Assembly (NCBI GenBank): GCA_964346415.1
Contig: CAYFUQ010000005.1
Span: 1,720-65,719 of the forward strand
Length of the DNA stretch: 64,000 nucleotides
Reading direction: 5' to 3'
Origin: an uncultured Proteiniphilum sp.
GTDB lineage: Bacteria > Bacteroidota > Bacteroidia > Bacteroidales > Dysgonomonadaceae
This document shows, in pieces, positions 33,101 to 41,764 of this stretch. A program made the translations under genes and the position numbers. Positions within the stretch are counted from its first letter, which is position 1; the number at the start of each line of letters is the position of its first letter. The notes beneath the pieces were generated by a model, which made no database searches, had not been told where the DNA came from, and saw only the letters and a program-made list of their open reading frames with translations.

Positions 33101-33308
33101 TACTTTGCCAAAAACCTTGACTCATAAATTGAAAATTGAAAATCTAAGATTTTATCTAACAGGTTATAATCTCTTTTTATGGACTAACTACTCAGGCTAC
33201 GACCCTGAAGTGTCAACTATGAGGAAAACAAACCTGACACCCGGAGTGGATTATTCAGGATATCCTAAGAGCAAACAATTTGTATTTGGTCTTAATCTGA
33301 ATTTCTAA
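30102..33308 (+). CDS. susC: SusC/RagA-family TonB-dependent outer-membrane transporter
   Basis: 1068 aa. Signal peptide, carboxypeptidase-regulatory-like domain (ISGVVKD..GDPIIGVNVMVKGT), plug region (DELVVVGYGT...GAGV), and a C-terminal aromatic residue. Followed by susD. Confidence 0.95.
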   Translation: MYNEKNVTRFLLGVLFLIVGTTSIFAQDRKISGVVKDNFGDPIIGVNVMVKGTAIGAATDLDGNYSLDVPANAKTLEVSYIGMKDIEVPITGSVVNITMEEDIASLDELVVVGYGTMKKRDLTGSVSSVGGESISAVPVASAVEAITGKMAGVQVTTTEGSPDAEMKIRVRGGGSITQSNDPLFIVDGFPVSSISDIAPSDIESIDVLKDASSTAIYGSRGANGVIIVTTKSGKSGKVSVSYNAFYSTKKIAKTLDVLDPYDYAKWQYELAALQGSAKMNIYTSFFGNYQDLDLYKNIPNNDWQNLTFGRTGKAFNQSLSISGGSEKTRYAFNYSFMDDKAIMQKSNFNRNNLSLKINNKVSDKVSLDFNARYSDTKIYGGGAIDTQSAYDSDRRLKYSVIYTPIPLKNLDATVGSDDDDMGNLYHPLTAIDDNDREKERRTLNLGGSVSYKPIKNMTLKSDVGLNNDYQTDQRFWGLTTYYIKNVPQTQNQGKPAIQVQNRDRQTLRNTNTLNYDFKSLLPEGHGLSALIGHEYMITKGKLLTSTVHGFPESFTAQEAWKLSSQGEPFEVDNYYSEDDKLLSFFGRVNYDYQSKYLLSATFRADASSRFSKDNRWGYFPSAAAAWRLSSEPFMEPAESWLEDLKLRFSFGTAGNNNIPTGQLQQMFAPSATAWINGFTSYWAPSKTMANPDLKWETTVTRNIGVDYSILKGKISGSFEAYVNSTKDLLIQFPIPGTGYDTQYRNMGENQNRGVEVSMNWYAVNKKNFSLSFSGNIGFNKSEIKSLGDMDDFGFASSWASTEIGFDYWLAKGGSVGKIYGYRSAGRYEVSDFEGYDAAKNAWILKGDVADAGAVIGTVRPGAMKLKDFNGDYIIDSSDTEVIGDVNPLHTGGFTINSRIYDFDIAANFNWSYGNDIYNANKIEFTQTGKYQFRNMIDIMEDGSRWTNLREDGTISNNPEELQAMNANTTMWSPYTSRMILSDWAVEDGSFLRLNTLTLGYTLPKTLTHKLKIENLRFYLTGYNLFLWTNYSGYDPEVSTMRKTNLTPGVDYSGYPKSKQFVFGLNLNF

Positions 33309-33327
33309 ACTTTTAAATGAAACAAAA

Positions 33328-35088
33328 ATGAAAAAATATATTTATAGCATCATATTATCATTGATCATAATAGGCTTTGTCTCTTGTGATATGGATGCCC
33401 CATCTCAATCTGCAGCAGAAAGCCCGGTAGTGTTTTCTTCGTATGCACTCGCTGAAGGAGCTGTAATGGGTATTCATCAGTCATTTGGAGAAACTAACTC
33501 CTACAGAGGGCGTTTTCTTCCATACTACGGAATCAATTCCGATATTGAGTGGATTAATAATATATCCGGTCAAATTGCCGATGATGGAAAATATGCATTA
33601 ACAGGATATAACGCAAGCCCCACAAACACCCAAATGAACACCGACAATAATGCCTGGGCAAAATTCTATGAAGGAATTGAACGCGCAAATATTGCAATTG
33701 ACGGATTGAAAAAATATGGGAATGTTGAAAATTCACCTGAAATGGCACAACTTTTGGGAGAGGCTCTAACACTAAGAGCTATTCTATACCTGGATCTTGT
33801 TAAGGGATGGGGTGATGTGCCGTTGCGCTTGGACCCAATCTCAACTGAGTCAATGTATCTGTCACGTACCGACAGAGATATTATATACAAACAGTTGATT
33901 GAGGATTTGGAAGAAGCTGACAATCTGGTAGCGTGGCCAAATGAGTCATCTATTACTGTATCTACAGAGCGTGTAAATAAGGCTTTCGTAAAAGGTCTTA
34001 CAGCAAGAATTGCTCTCTATGCATCAGGCTATAGTCAAAGAGCTGATGGAGTTAGAAGAAGCACAGACCCGGATCTTAGTGTTGAAAAAATGTATAAGCT
34101 GGTTAGAGATAAGACATTAGAAGTTATCAATAGTGGTTATAACTCTTTGGGAACATTTGAAGAAAACTTCCGACTTCTGTGCCAGGATAACGTACAGGCA
34201 GGAAAAGAATCGCTTTGGGAAATTCCATTTGCAGCAGGCCGAGGACGTGTTCTTTATACTTTTGGTGTTAAGCATCAGAGTGCCAATCAATATACTGATC
34301 AGCCACAGGGTGGTGTAAACGGCCCATTACCTTATCTGTTTTATGATTATGATGTAGAAGACATCAGAAGAGATATTACATGTGTTCCATATGAATGGGG
34401 ACGTGGCAATCCTGCAAAGCAACAGCCTCGCTCTTTAAAATCATGGTGTTTCGGTAAACTTCGTTATGAGTGGATGAATCGTAGAGTTACTTCTACAAAT
34501 GACGATGGAATCAACTGGCAATATATGCGTCTGGCAGATGTTTATTTAATGGCGGCAGAGGCAATAAATGAACTTGAAGGACCCTCAGCTGCATCTCAAT
34601 ATCTAAAACCAATTTTAGACAGAGCCCTGCCTGCAGATAAAGTGTCAGCATATTTAGCTACTGTAACTACCAGTAAAGATGCTTTCTTTGATGCAATTGT
34701 TGATCAACGCGCATTTGAGTTTGCCGGAGAATCTCTAAGAAAAGCTGACTTAATCCGATGGAATTTATTAAAAACCAAGTTGGATGAAGCAAAGGATAAA
34801 ATGAAGAGATTAGCAAGTCGCGAAGGAGAATATGCTGATTTACCTGAGAAAATTTATTATAAGACAGCCGAGGATAATGAGACTCTGGTTATTTATGGTC
34901 TCAATCATGGAGATACAGATGAAGTTGGAGTATCGCTCAATTATGAAAGCAGTACAACATGGATTGCCCCTGACAAACTTCCCGAAACTTTGATTGATGC
35001 ACTTTATCAAAAAAATCCGGATGAGAATCAATATTGGCCAATTTGGCAAACGTTTATTGATAAGAGCAATGGAATGTTATCTAATTAA
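33328..35088 (+). CDS. susD: SusD/RagB-family glycan-binding lipoprotein
   Basis: 586 aa. Lipobox IIGFVSC. Lies 19 nt after susC. SusD-like helical pattern (RAILYLDL, ADVYLMAAEA, RAFEFAGE..R..DLIRW). Confidence 0.9.
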   Translation: MKKYIYSIILSLIIIGFVSCDMDAPSQSAAESPVVFSSYALAEGAVMGIHQSFGETNSYRGRFLPYYGINSDIEWINNISGQIADDGKYALTGYNASPTNTQMNTDNNAWAKFYEGIERANIAIDGLKKYGNVENSPEMAQLLGEALTLRAILYLDLVKGWGDVPLRLDPISTESMYLSRTDRDIIYKQLIEDLEEADNLVAWPNESSITVSTERVNKAFVKGLTARIALYASGYSQRADGVRRSTDPDLSVEKMYKLVRDKTLEVINSGYNSLGTFEENFRLLCQDNVQAGKESLWEIPFAAGRGRVLYTFGVKHQSANQYTDQPQGGVNGPLPYLFYDYDVEDIRRDITCVPYEWGRGNPAKQQPRSLKSWCFGKLRYEWMNRRVTSTNDDGINWQYMRLADVYLMAAEAINELEGPSAASQYLKPILDRALPADKVSAYLATVTTSKDAFFDAIVDQRAFEFAGESLRKADLIRWNLLKTKLDEAKDKMKRLASREGEYADLPEKIYYKTAEDNETLVIYGLNHGDTDEVGVSLNYESSTTWIAPDKLPETLIDALYQKNPDENQYWPIWQTFIDKSNGMLSN

Positions 35089-35091
35089 AAA

Positions 35092-36660
35092 ATGATTAAA
35101 GCTATGAGAATATTTAAAACTATATATACTGTACTGCTATCACTGGGAATGCTACTTATTATGACAAATTGCTCAGATGATTTGCAAGATGAAATTAAAA
35201 CCATCGAATATGACCGTCTGTTTTCACCCACTAATTTGTCATCGGTAGTTATTAATAATGTGAATGTCAGACTTCAATGGACTAAAAACAGTCTGGCCGA
35301 AAATTACACCATTGAATTATTTGCTGATGACAGCCTTGCTTTTGAAGGTACCCCTGATTTGACAATTACGGACGTTACCGGAGCTCAATTGCCCTATATT
35401 GTTGAGGGGTTGGATGGAGCGACAAGATATTCTGCAAGAGTTAAAGCACTTTCCAGCAGTGTGGCAGAGTCAAAGTGGTCACCGGGCGTAACCTTTAAAA
35501 CAGGCACTGAAAACATCCTCCTTCAGTTTGAGGATGGTGATATAACATCTTCGAGTGTTACTTTAAGATGGCCGGCCGGACAGAAAGCTACAGATATTAT
35601 ACTTCAGCCCGGAGATATTAAATATAGTGTAACAGCATCTGATGTAAATGATGGAATTGCAACAATTTCAGATTTGACAGCTGAGACCGATTACACTGCC
35701 AAATTAATGAATGGTGAGAAGATTCGCGGAACAGTTTCTTTCAAAACACTTGTTGATATAGGTAATGCCATCCCGGTAACTCCTGAAGATGACTTTATTG
35801 CTATGCTTGAATCCGCCAATGATGGTGATGCTTTTGCTTTATTCCCGGGAGAGTATGGAGACGGAAGTATGTTTGAGGTAACTAAGAGTGTGGAAATTAA
35901 AGGTGTTTATCCATTTAATAAGCCTATCTTGAATGGGTATATCTCGATTAAAGAGAATTCATCACTGAAATTGGAAAACATCATTATTGATGGTGGAAGT
36001 CTCACAGACGGTAACCAGGCAATTATATTTGGAACTGCCGGAGCAGAATATGGAGATATTGTAGTGGAGAGTTGCGAGATAAGGAATCATGTCAAAGGGC
36101 TTTATTATCTCAATGTGGCAGCTTTGGTTGAATCTATTACAATCAATAACAGTTTGATGTATGATATTGAATGTTCAGGCGGAGACTTCATGGATAGCAG
36201 ATCTGGTGCAATCAAAGTGATTACACTGTCAAACAGCACCATCTACAATAGTGCTATTCAGCGTGATTTGATAAGATACGATAATGCTTCGGCCAATTTC
36301 CCAGGTGTTGTACCTCAAATTAAAGTTGACAAAAATACATTCTACAATGTATGTACCGGTTCCAGCAGACGACTGCTATATGTTCGCTTTGCAGGGAACG
36401 AAATTTCCTTCACCAATAATATTGTTGCATCATCTGATGGTATATTTACAAATCAAGCCTCAACTGGAATACCTGATTTCGCTAATAATAACTATTTTGA
36501 AGCACCTAATTATTTGCCGGGAGGAAGTACAAGTTCCAAGTTTTTTGATGAAAGTGGACTTTCTTTTGATCCGGAATTTGAAAATCCCGCATCTGGTAAC
36601 TTTAGTGTGAAAAATGTTGATGTGATTTCACTGGGGATTGGTGATCCACGTTGGCGATAA
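35092..36660 (+). CDS. Surface lipoprotein in the SusE/F position: Fn3-like repeats plus right-handed beta-helix (DUF4957/DUF5123-like); putative pectin-binding protein
   Basis: 522 aa. Lipobox IMTNCS. Two Fn3-like segments (V.L.W......Y.IEL / VTLRWP), then a repetitive N/G/I-rich beta-helix-like C-terminal half. Lies 3 nt after susD. Confidence 0.55.
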   Translation: MIKAMRIFKTIYTVLLSLGMLLIMTNCSDDLQDEIKTIEYDRLFSPTNLSSVVINNVNVRLQWTKNSLAENYTIELFADDSLAFEGTPDLTITDVTGAQLPYIVEGLDGATRYSARVKALSSSVAESKWSPGVTFKTGTENILLQFEDGDITSSSVTLRWPAGQKATDIILQPGDIKYSVTASDVNDGIATISDLTAETDYTAKLMNGEKIRGTVSFKTLVDIGNAIPVTPEDDFIAMLESANDGDAFALFPGEYGDGSMFEVTKSVEIKGVYPFNKPILNGYISIKENSSLKLENIIIDGGSLTDGNQAIIFGTAGAEYGDIVVESCEIRNHVKGLYYLNVAALVESITINNSLMYDIECSGGDFMDSRSGAIKVITLSNSTIYNSAIQRDLIRYDNASANFPGVVPQIKVDKNTFYNVCTGSSRRLLYVRFAGNEISFTNNIVASSDGIFTNQASTGIPDFANNNYFEAPNYLPGGSTSSKFFDESGLSFDPEFENPASGNFSVKNVDVISLGIGDPRWR

Positions 36661-36672
36661 TAAAGAAAATTC

Positions 36673-36710
36673 ATACACTCTCGGTTTATCTAAACTGAGA
36701 GTGTATTATT
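36673..36710 (+). terminator. Intrinsic terminator after the susC-susD-lipoprotein unit
   Basis: ATACACTCTC (36673-82) pairs with GAGAGTGTAT (36697-706), a 10-bp stem, followed by TATT. Confidence 0.55.
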
Positions 36711-36772
36711 AAACTATATTGCAGCTTCAATCCACTTTTCTAATCTAAGAACTTTCTTTTTATATTAAAACA

Positions 36773-38074
36773 ATGCGCAAATCAGTTATAATACTATTTT
36801 TAGTAACTCATTTATTTGGTATAACAGCTCAAAACTATCCTCATCAGAGTGATGTGTTATGGGTTGTGACACCAGATAGTAAAGATTGGCTTTATACAAT
36901 GGGGCAGGATGCTGAGATAAATGTGGCGTTTTATAAATATGGGGTTTTACAGGAAGATGTTATTGTTGAGTATGAATTTGGTCCTGAATTAATGTCGGCT
37001 GAGAAAAGCGGCACTGTAGTTCTTGAAGAAGGAAAGGCTATTATTTCACTGGGATCTATGAGTGTCCCCGGTTTCAAAGATTGCAGATTACAGGTTAGGC
37101 TTGATGGAGAAATCTATTCTCATCACATTACTGTGGGTTTTGAACCTGAGAAGTTGGAGCCATTCACACAGTACCCTTCTGATTTTGTTGACTTTTGGGA
37201 CAATGCAAAAGCTGAAGCTGCAAAATGCCCCGTTGAAGTAACAGAGACATTTGTCCCTGAATATTCATCTGATCTGGTTGACTGTTTTCTTGTAAAGATT
37301 CAGGCTTATAAGAAAGGTCAGTATGTTTATGGCTATTTAACCGTACCTAAGAAGGAGGGTAAATTCCCGGTTGTATTTTCACCACCAGGTGCAGGCATAA
37401 AGCCAATGAATCCTCTAAAAGATATTTTCTTTGCAGAAAATGGTATAATCCGTTTTGATATGGAGATTCATGGAATCAGACCTGACTTGGATGCTGAAAC
37501 CTATTCGGAAATAAGTCGCGCCTTTGGTAATGGAAACAATAGTTATTTGGTAAATGGCTTGGATAGTCGTGATTCATATTATATGAAGAAAGTATATCTT
37601 TCATGTATTAGAGCATTGGACTATCTTACTACAATAGAAAAATGGGATGGAAAGAATCTCATAGCACAAGGAGGTAGTCAGGGTGGTGCATTGGCCTTGG
37701 TTACAGCCGGACTCGATTCTAGAGTTACAGCTTGTTCTGCAAATCATCCGGCTTTGAGTGATATGGCAGGATATAAAGCTAATCGCGCAGGAGGCTATCC
37801 TCACTTGTTTACGAAGTTTACAGGAATGGATACACCCGAAAAATTAAAAACGTTAGAATATTATGATGTAGTTAATTTTGCACGACACATTAAAGTTCCG
37901 GTTTTTATGACTTGGGGATATAACGACAATGTTTGTCCTCCAACAACCAGCTATGTTGTTTATAATATTCTGGATACAGAGAAAGAGGCTTTGATAACAC
38001 CCGTTAATGAGCATTGGATTTCAAAGACGACAAGGCGCTACATCATGGATTGGATTAAAAAGAATTTGAATTAA
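36773..38074 (+). CDS. CE7-like acetyl esterase (AXE1 / cephalosporin-C deacetylase fold) with N-terminal Ig-like domain
   Basis: 433 aa. Signal peptide, nucleophile elbow GGSQGG, and a late GYNDNVCPP...EHW region consistent with an alpha/beta-hydrolase triad. Confidence 0.7.
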   Translation: MRKSVIILFLVTHLFGITAQNYPHQSDVLWVVTPDSKDWLYTMGQDAEINVAFYKYGVLQEDVIVEYEFGPELMSAEKSGTVVLEEGKAIISLGSMSVPGFKDCRLQVRLDGEIYSHHITVGFEPEKLEPFTQYPSDFVDFWDNAKAEAAKCPVEVTETFVPEYSSDLVDCFLVKIQAYKKGQYVYGYLTVPKKEGKFPVVFSPPGAGIKPMNPLKDIFFAENGIIRFDMEIHGIRPDLDAETYSEISRAFGNGNNSYLVNGLDSRDSYYMKKVYLSCIRALDYLTTIEKWDGKNLIAQGGSQGGALALVTAGLDSRVTACSANHPALSDMAGYKANRAGGYPHLFTKFTGMDTPEKLKTLEYYDVVNFARHIKVPVFMTWGYNDNVCPPTTSYVVYNILDTEKEALITPVNEHWISKTTRRYIMDWIKKNLN

Positions 38075-38098
38075 TAAAAAGTATAATATATAAATTTA

Positions 38099-39778
38099 AT
38101 GAACAGAAGAATACTACCATTATTTTTATTGATTGGTATTGTGCTGATTTCCTGCAATGCCAATGTAAAGGACACAGGAGAATATAAATATGCTTATTTA
38201 TATGATAACCTGCCTTTTGAGATGCCACAGATAGATGTACCGCAATTTCCTGACAGGACAATAAACATACTGGATTTTGGAGGAGTTCCGGATGGTATAA
38301 CTCTAAATACAGATGCTTTTGAGAAAGCAATGGTTGCACTTTCTGAAAAAGGAGGAGGCACACTGATAGTTCCAAAAGGCGTTTGGTTTACCGGCCCTAT
38401 TGTGTTTCGTTCTAATATCAATCTGCATTTGGAAAAGAGTGCATTAATTTTATTCTCACCTGATTTTGATTTGTATCCGCTGGTTGAAACTTCATTTGAA
38501 GGATTAGATACCAGACGTTGTCAATCTCCAATATCAGGTAGAAATCTTGAAAACATTGCAATTACAGGCGAGGGATCAATTAATGGGTCTGGTGAAGCAT
38601 GGAGACCTTTGAAAAAAGGGAAAGTGGCGGAAAATCATTGGAAGAAAGTTGTCAATTCCGGTGGAATTGTAAAAGATAATATTTGGTATCCGTCAGAAAG
38701 CTCTCTAAAAGGACAGGAGATGAGCGGAATGAACGTGCCTGATAAAGAACTCACAGAAGAAGAGTGGTTAGAGGTAAAGGATTTTCTCCGCCCTGTCATG
38801 GTAAGCTTCATTGAATGCAAGAATGTATTTCTAAACGGTGTGTTATTCGAAAACTCACCTGCGTGGAATGTTCACCCACTGATGTGCGAGAATGTAATCC
38901 TTGACGGTGTTTTTATTCGTAATCCCGGTTATTCGCAAAATGGCGATGGGCTTGATTTGGAATCATGCTTAAACTCAATTGTAGTTAACAGTAAGTTTGA
39001 TGTTGGTGACGATGGTATCTGTATTAAATCAGGTAAAGATGAAGACGGACGAAATCGCGGAATTCCAACAGAGAATGTCATTGTTGACAACTGTAAAGTC
39101 TTTCAGGGTCATGGAGGCTTCGTTGTAGGTAGCGAGATGTCAGGGGGAGTGAAAAATATATTAGTAAGCAATTGTCAGTTTTTGGGAACAGATGTTGGAC
39201 TCCGTTTCAAAAGTAATCGAGACAGGGGAGGAGTTGTTGAGAATATACATATCTCAGATATATACATGTTTAACATAGCTACAGAGTCTTTCCTGTTTGA
39301 CTTATACTATGGCGGTAAATCAGCCTCTGAGTCGTTGGAAGACGGAGATGTAACGCCCTCGGATGAAATTATATTTCCTGTAAATGAGAAAACTCCTCAA
39401 TTTAAGGATATCTTTGTGAAAAACATCGTTGCAAGAAACGTAAGAAGGGCAATGTATTTTAATGGTTTGCCTGAAATGAATATTGATAACATCAACGTTG
39501 AGAATGCATTCGTAACGTCTGAGTATGGTGCAGAACTTGCAGAATCAACAAATATCAATTTTAAAAATGTAACAGTGATTCCCCAAAAGGGTCCTGCATT
39601 CTTATTCACTAACGTTAATAACTTCAAAGGTGAGAAGCTGGCATCAGATGTAAACAATAGAAATGAAGCAGTTGCAATTAAAGGTTCAAAAACCTCAAAC
39701 ATAACATTGGATGGTTTTGATAAAAGCAGCGTAGTAATTTCAGATAATGTTGATATAAATCAGATAACAATAAAATAA
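38099..39778 (+). CDS. GH28 polygalacturonase / rhamnogalacturonase-type hydrolase
   Basis: 559 aa. Lipobox VLISCN. GH28 motifs NGDGLDLES, GDDGICIKSG, GHGGFVVGSE, RFKSNRDRGG. Confidence 0.9.
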   Translation: MNRRILPLFLLIGIVLISCNANVKDTGEYKYAYLYDNLPFEMPQIDVPQFPDRTINILDFGGVPDGITLNTDAFEKAMVALSEKGGGTLIVPKGVWFTGPIVFRSNINLHLEKSALILFSPDFDLYPLVETSFEGLDTRRCQSPISGRNLENIAITGEGSINGSGEAWRPLKKGKVAENHWKKVVNSGGIVKDNIWYPSESSLKGQEMSGMNVPDKELTEEEWLEVKDFLRPVMVSFIECKNVFLNGVLFENSPAWNVHPLMCENVILDGVFIRNPGYSQNGDGLDLESCLNSIVVNSKFDVGDDGICIKSGKDEDGRNRGIPTENVIVDNCKVFQGHGGFVVGSEMSGGVKNILVSNCQFLGTDVGLRFKSNRDRGGVVENIHISDIYMFNIATESFLFDLYYGGKSASESLEDGDVTPSDEIIFPVNEKTPQFKDIFVKNIVARNVRRAMYFNGLPEMNIDNINVENAFVTSEYGAELAESTNINFKNVTVIPQKGPAFLFTNVNNFKGEKLASDVNNRNEAVAIKGSKTSNITLDGFDKSSVVISDNVDINQITIK

Positions 39779-39782
39779 CAGG

Positions 39783-40559
39783 ATGAAACAGACATTTATC
39801 TTTCTTAGTCTTACACTATTTTTCTTTTCAGCCTTTGCTTCAAGCCCGGTTAAGGTACTGATGGCCGGTGATTCAACAATGTCAGACAAATCTTTATATA
39901 AAGAGGTGACTGACACCGTCAGTGGTGAAAAAGTAAAAGAACCCTTTCTTGAAAGAGGCTGGGGTCAATTGCTTCCCGAATATTTAAGAGATGATGTCAC
40001 TGTTGTCAATTATGCCCGTAATGGGCGTAGTTCTCGCACATTTGTTGAGGAAGGCTTGTGGACTGAGTTGATAAATAATACCGAAAAGGGTGACATTGTC
40101 ATCCTTCAATTCGGTCATAACGATGAAGTTCCTACCAAACAAAGTTATACTGTGCCTGCACAGTTCAGACTGAATTTTGTGGCTTTCGTCAATGAAGTTA
40201 AAGCTAAAGGCGCACTTCCTGTTTTATGCACTTCTGTAGCACGCAGAAAGTTTGATGAACAAGGAAACCTGGTTGCAACACATGATGAATATCCTGAAAT
40301 TATCAGATCTGTTGCCATTCAGGAAAACGTTCCTTTGGTTGATCTTGAAGCTATAACTTCAAATTGGCTTCAGGGTTTGGGAGTTGAAGAATCGAAAAAG
40401 GTCTTTCATAAACTTCCTGCAGGTGTGAGCAGAATATATCCCAGAGGAATAAATGATGACACACACTTTAATGAACTTGGAGCCTCTACGGTTGCAAAAC
40501 TATTTCTTGAAGACGCAGAAAAGCAGGAAATTGAAGAACTTACGAAATTAATTAAATAG
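39783..40559 (+). CDS. CE12-like rhamnogalacturonan acetylesterase (SGNH hydrolase)
   Basis: 258 aa. SGNH blocks GDSTMSD, NGRSSRTF, QFGHND, DDTHFN. Confidence 0.8.
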   Translation: MKQTFIFLSLTLFFFSAFASSPVKVLMAGDSTMSDKSLYKEVTDTVSGEKVKEPFLERGWGQLLPEYLRDDVTVVNYARNGRSSRTFVEEGLWTELINNTEKGDIVILQFGHNDEVPTKQSYTVPAQFRLNFVAFVNEVKAKGALPVLCTSVARRKFDEQGNLVATHDEYPEIIRSVAIQENVPLVDLEAITSNWLQGLGVEESKKVFHKLPAGVSRIYPRGINDDTHFNELGASTVAKLFLEDAEKQEIEELTKLIK

Positions 40560-40563
40560 TAAG

Positions 40564-41742
40564 ATGATGAAAACAATAAGCTACTTGCCTCTTGTTCTCT
40601 TATTTATGTTTATAGGATGCGAGAGTGAGAATAAAACAAATAAATATTATCAGCGGATGGCTGATTCAGAAATGATTCGTAATCCTGAAAGCTGGATGGT
40701 AGATTTTTCAGACAAGCTAAAATGGAACTATTGTCATGGCTTGGAATTGGGGGCGATCTACGATGTTTGGGAAAAGACTGGTATTCAAAAATACTACGAT
40801 TACGCAGTAAGCTATGCTGACACAATGGTAAATGAAGATGGCACCATAAAAACCTATAAGCTGGAAGAGTATAATATTGACAGACTTAATTCCGGTAAAA
40901 TGTTGTTCCCGATTTATGCAGAGACAGGAAATTTAAAATATAAGAAAGCATTGGATTTGCTTGCAAGTCAAATGGATACCCATCCTCGTATTTCTAATGG
41001 CGGGTTTTGGCACAAGAAGATATATCCCCATCAGGTTTGGCTGGATGGATTGTATATGGCAGGACCATTTCTTGCAGAATATGGAGCAACTTTTGATTAC
41101 CCGGAATTATTTGATGAGGTAGTACTTCAGCTGACTACCGCCTATGAGGATTTGCTTGATGAAAAGACAGGCTTGCTGTATCACGGATGGGACGAAAGTC
41201 GTGAACAGCGCTGGGCTGATCCCGAAACCGGACTTTCCCCTAACTTTTGGTCACGGAGCATAGGCTGGTACATGATGGCATTGGTCGATGTGCTGGATTT
41301 CCTTCCAAATGACCATGCAAGAAGAAACGAGCTTATCCAAATTTTAAATGAACTTTCCGCTAATATAGAAAAGTATCAGGATCAGGAGTCGGGTATGTGG
41401 TATCAGGTTACAGATCAGGGAAGTCGTGAGGGCAATTATCTGGAATCTTCAGGCTCTATCATGTTTATCTACACATGGGTCAAAGGAGGACAAAACGGAT
41501 ATCTTTCGGATGAATATTTGGAAAAAGGCATTAATACGTATGATAAATTCTTAACCCAATTTATAAGAGAAGATAATGACGGAACTATCTCTGTCACAGA
41601 TGGCTGTTCTGTGGCAGGTTTGGGCGGAGAGAAAAATTACCGTGATGGTAGTTTTGAGTACTATATCTCAGAACCTGTCAGGGATAATGACCCCAAAGCT
41701 CTGTCTCCTTTTATTATGGTAAGCTTGTTGCTGGACAGATAA
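40564..41742 (+). CDS. GH105 unsaturated rhamnogalacturonyl hydrolase (YteR-like)
   Basis: 392 aa. Lipobox FIGCES. GFWHKKIYPHQVWLDGLYM and FWSRSIGW blocks typical of GH105/GH88 (alpha/alpha)6 enzymes. Confidence 0.85.
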   Translation: MMKTISYLPLVLLFMFIGCESENKTNKYYQRMADSEMIRNPESWMVDFSDKLKWNYCHGLELGAIYDVWEKTGIQKYYDYAVSYADTMVNEDGTIKTYKLEEYNIDRLNSGKMLFPIYAETGNLKYKKALDLLASQMDTHPRISNGGFWHKKIYPHQVWLDGLYMAGPFLAEYGATFDYPELFDEVVLQLTTAYEDLLDEKTGLLYHGWDESREQRWADPETGLSPNFWSRSIGWYMMALVDVLDFLPNDHARRNELIQILNELSANIEKYQDQESGMWYQVTDQGSREGNYLESSGSIMFIYTWVKGGQNGYLSDEYLEKGINTYDKFLTQFIREDNDGTISVTDGCSVAGLGGEKNYRDGSFEYYISEPVRDNDPKALSPFIMVSLLLDR

Positions 41743-41764
41743 TTATTCTAAAACAAATCACGTA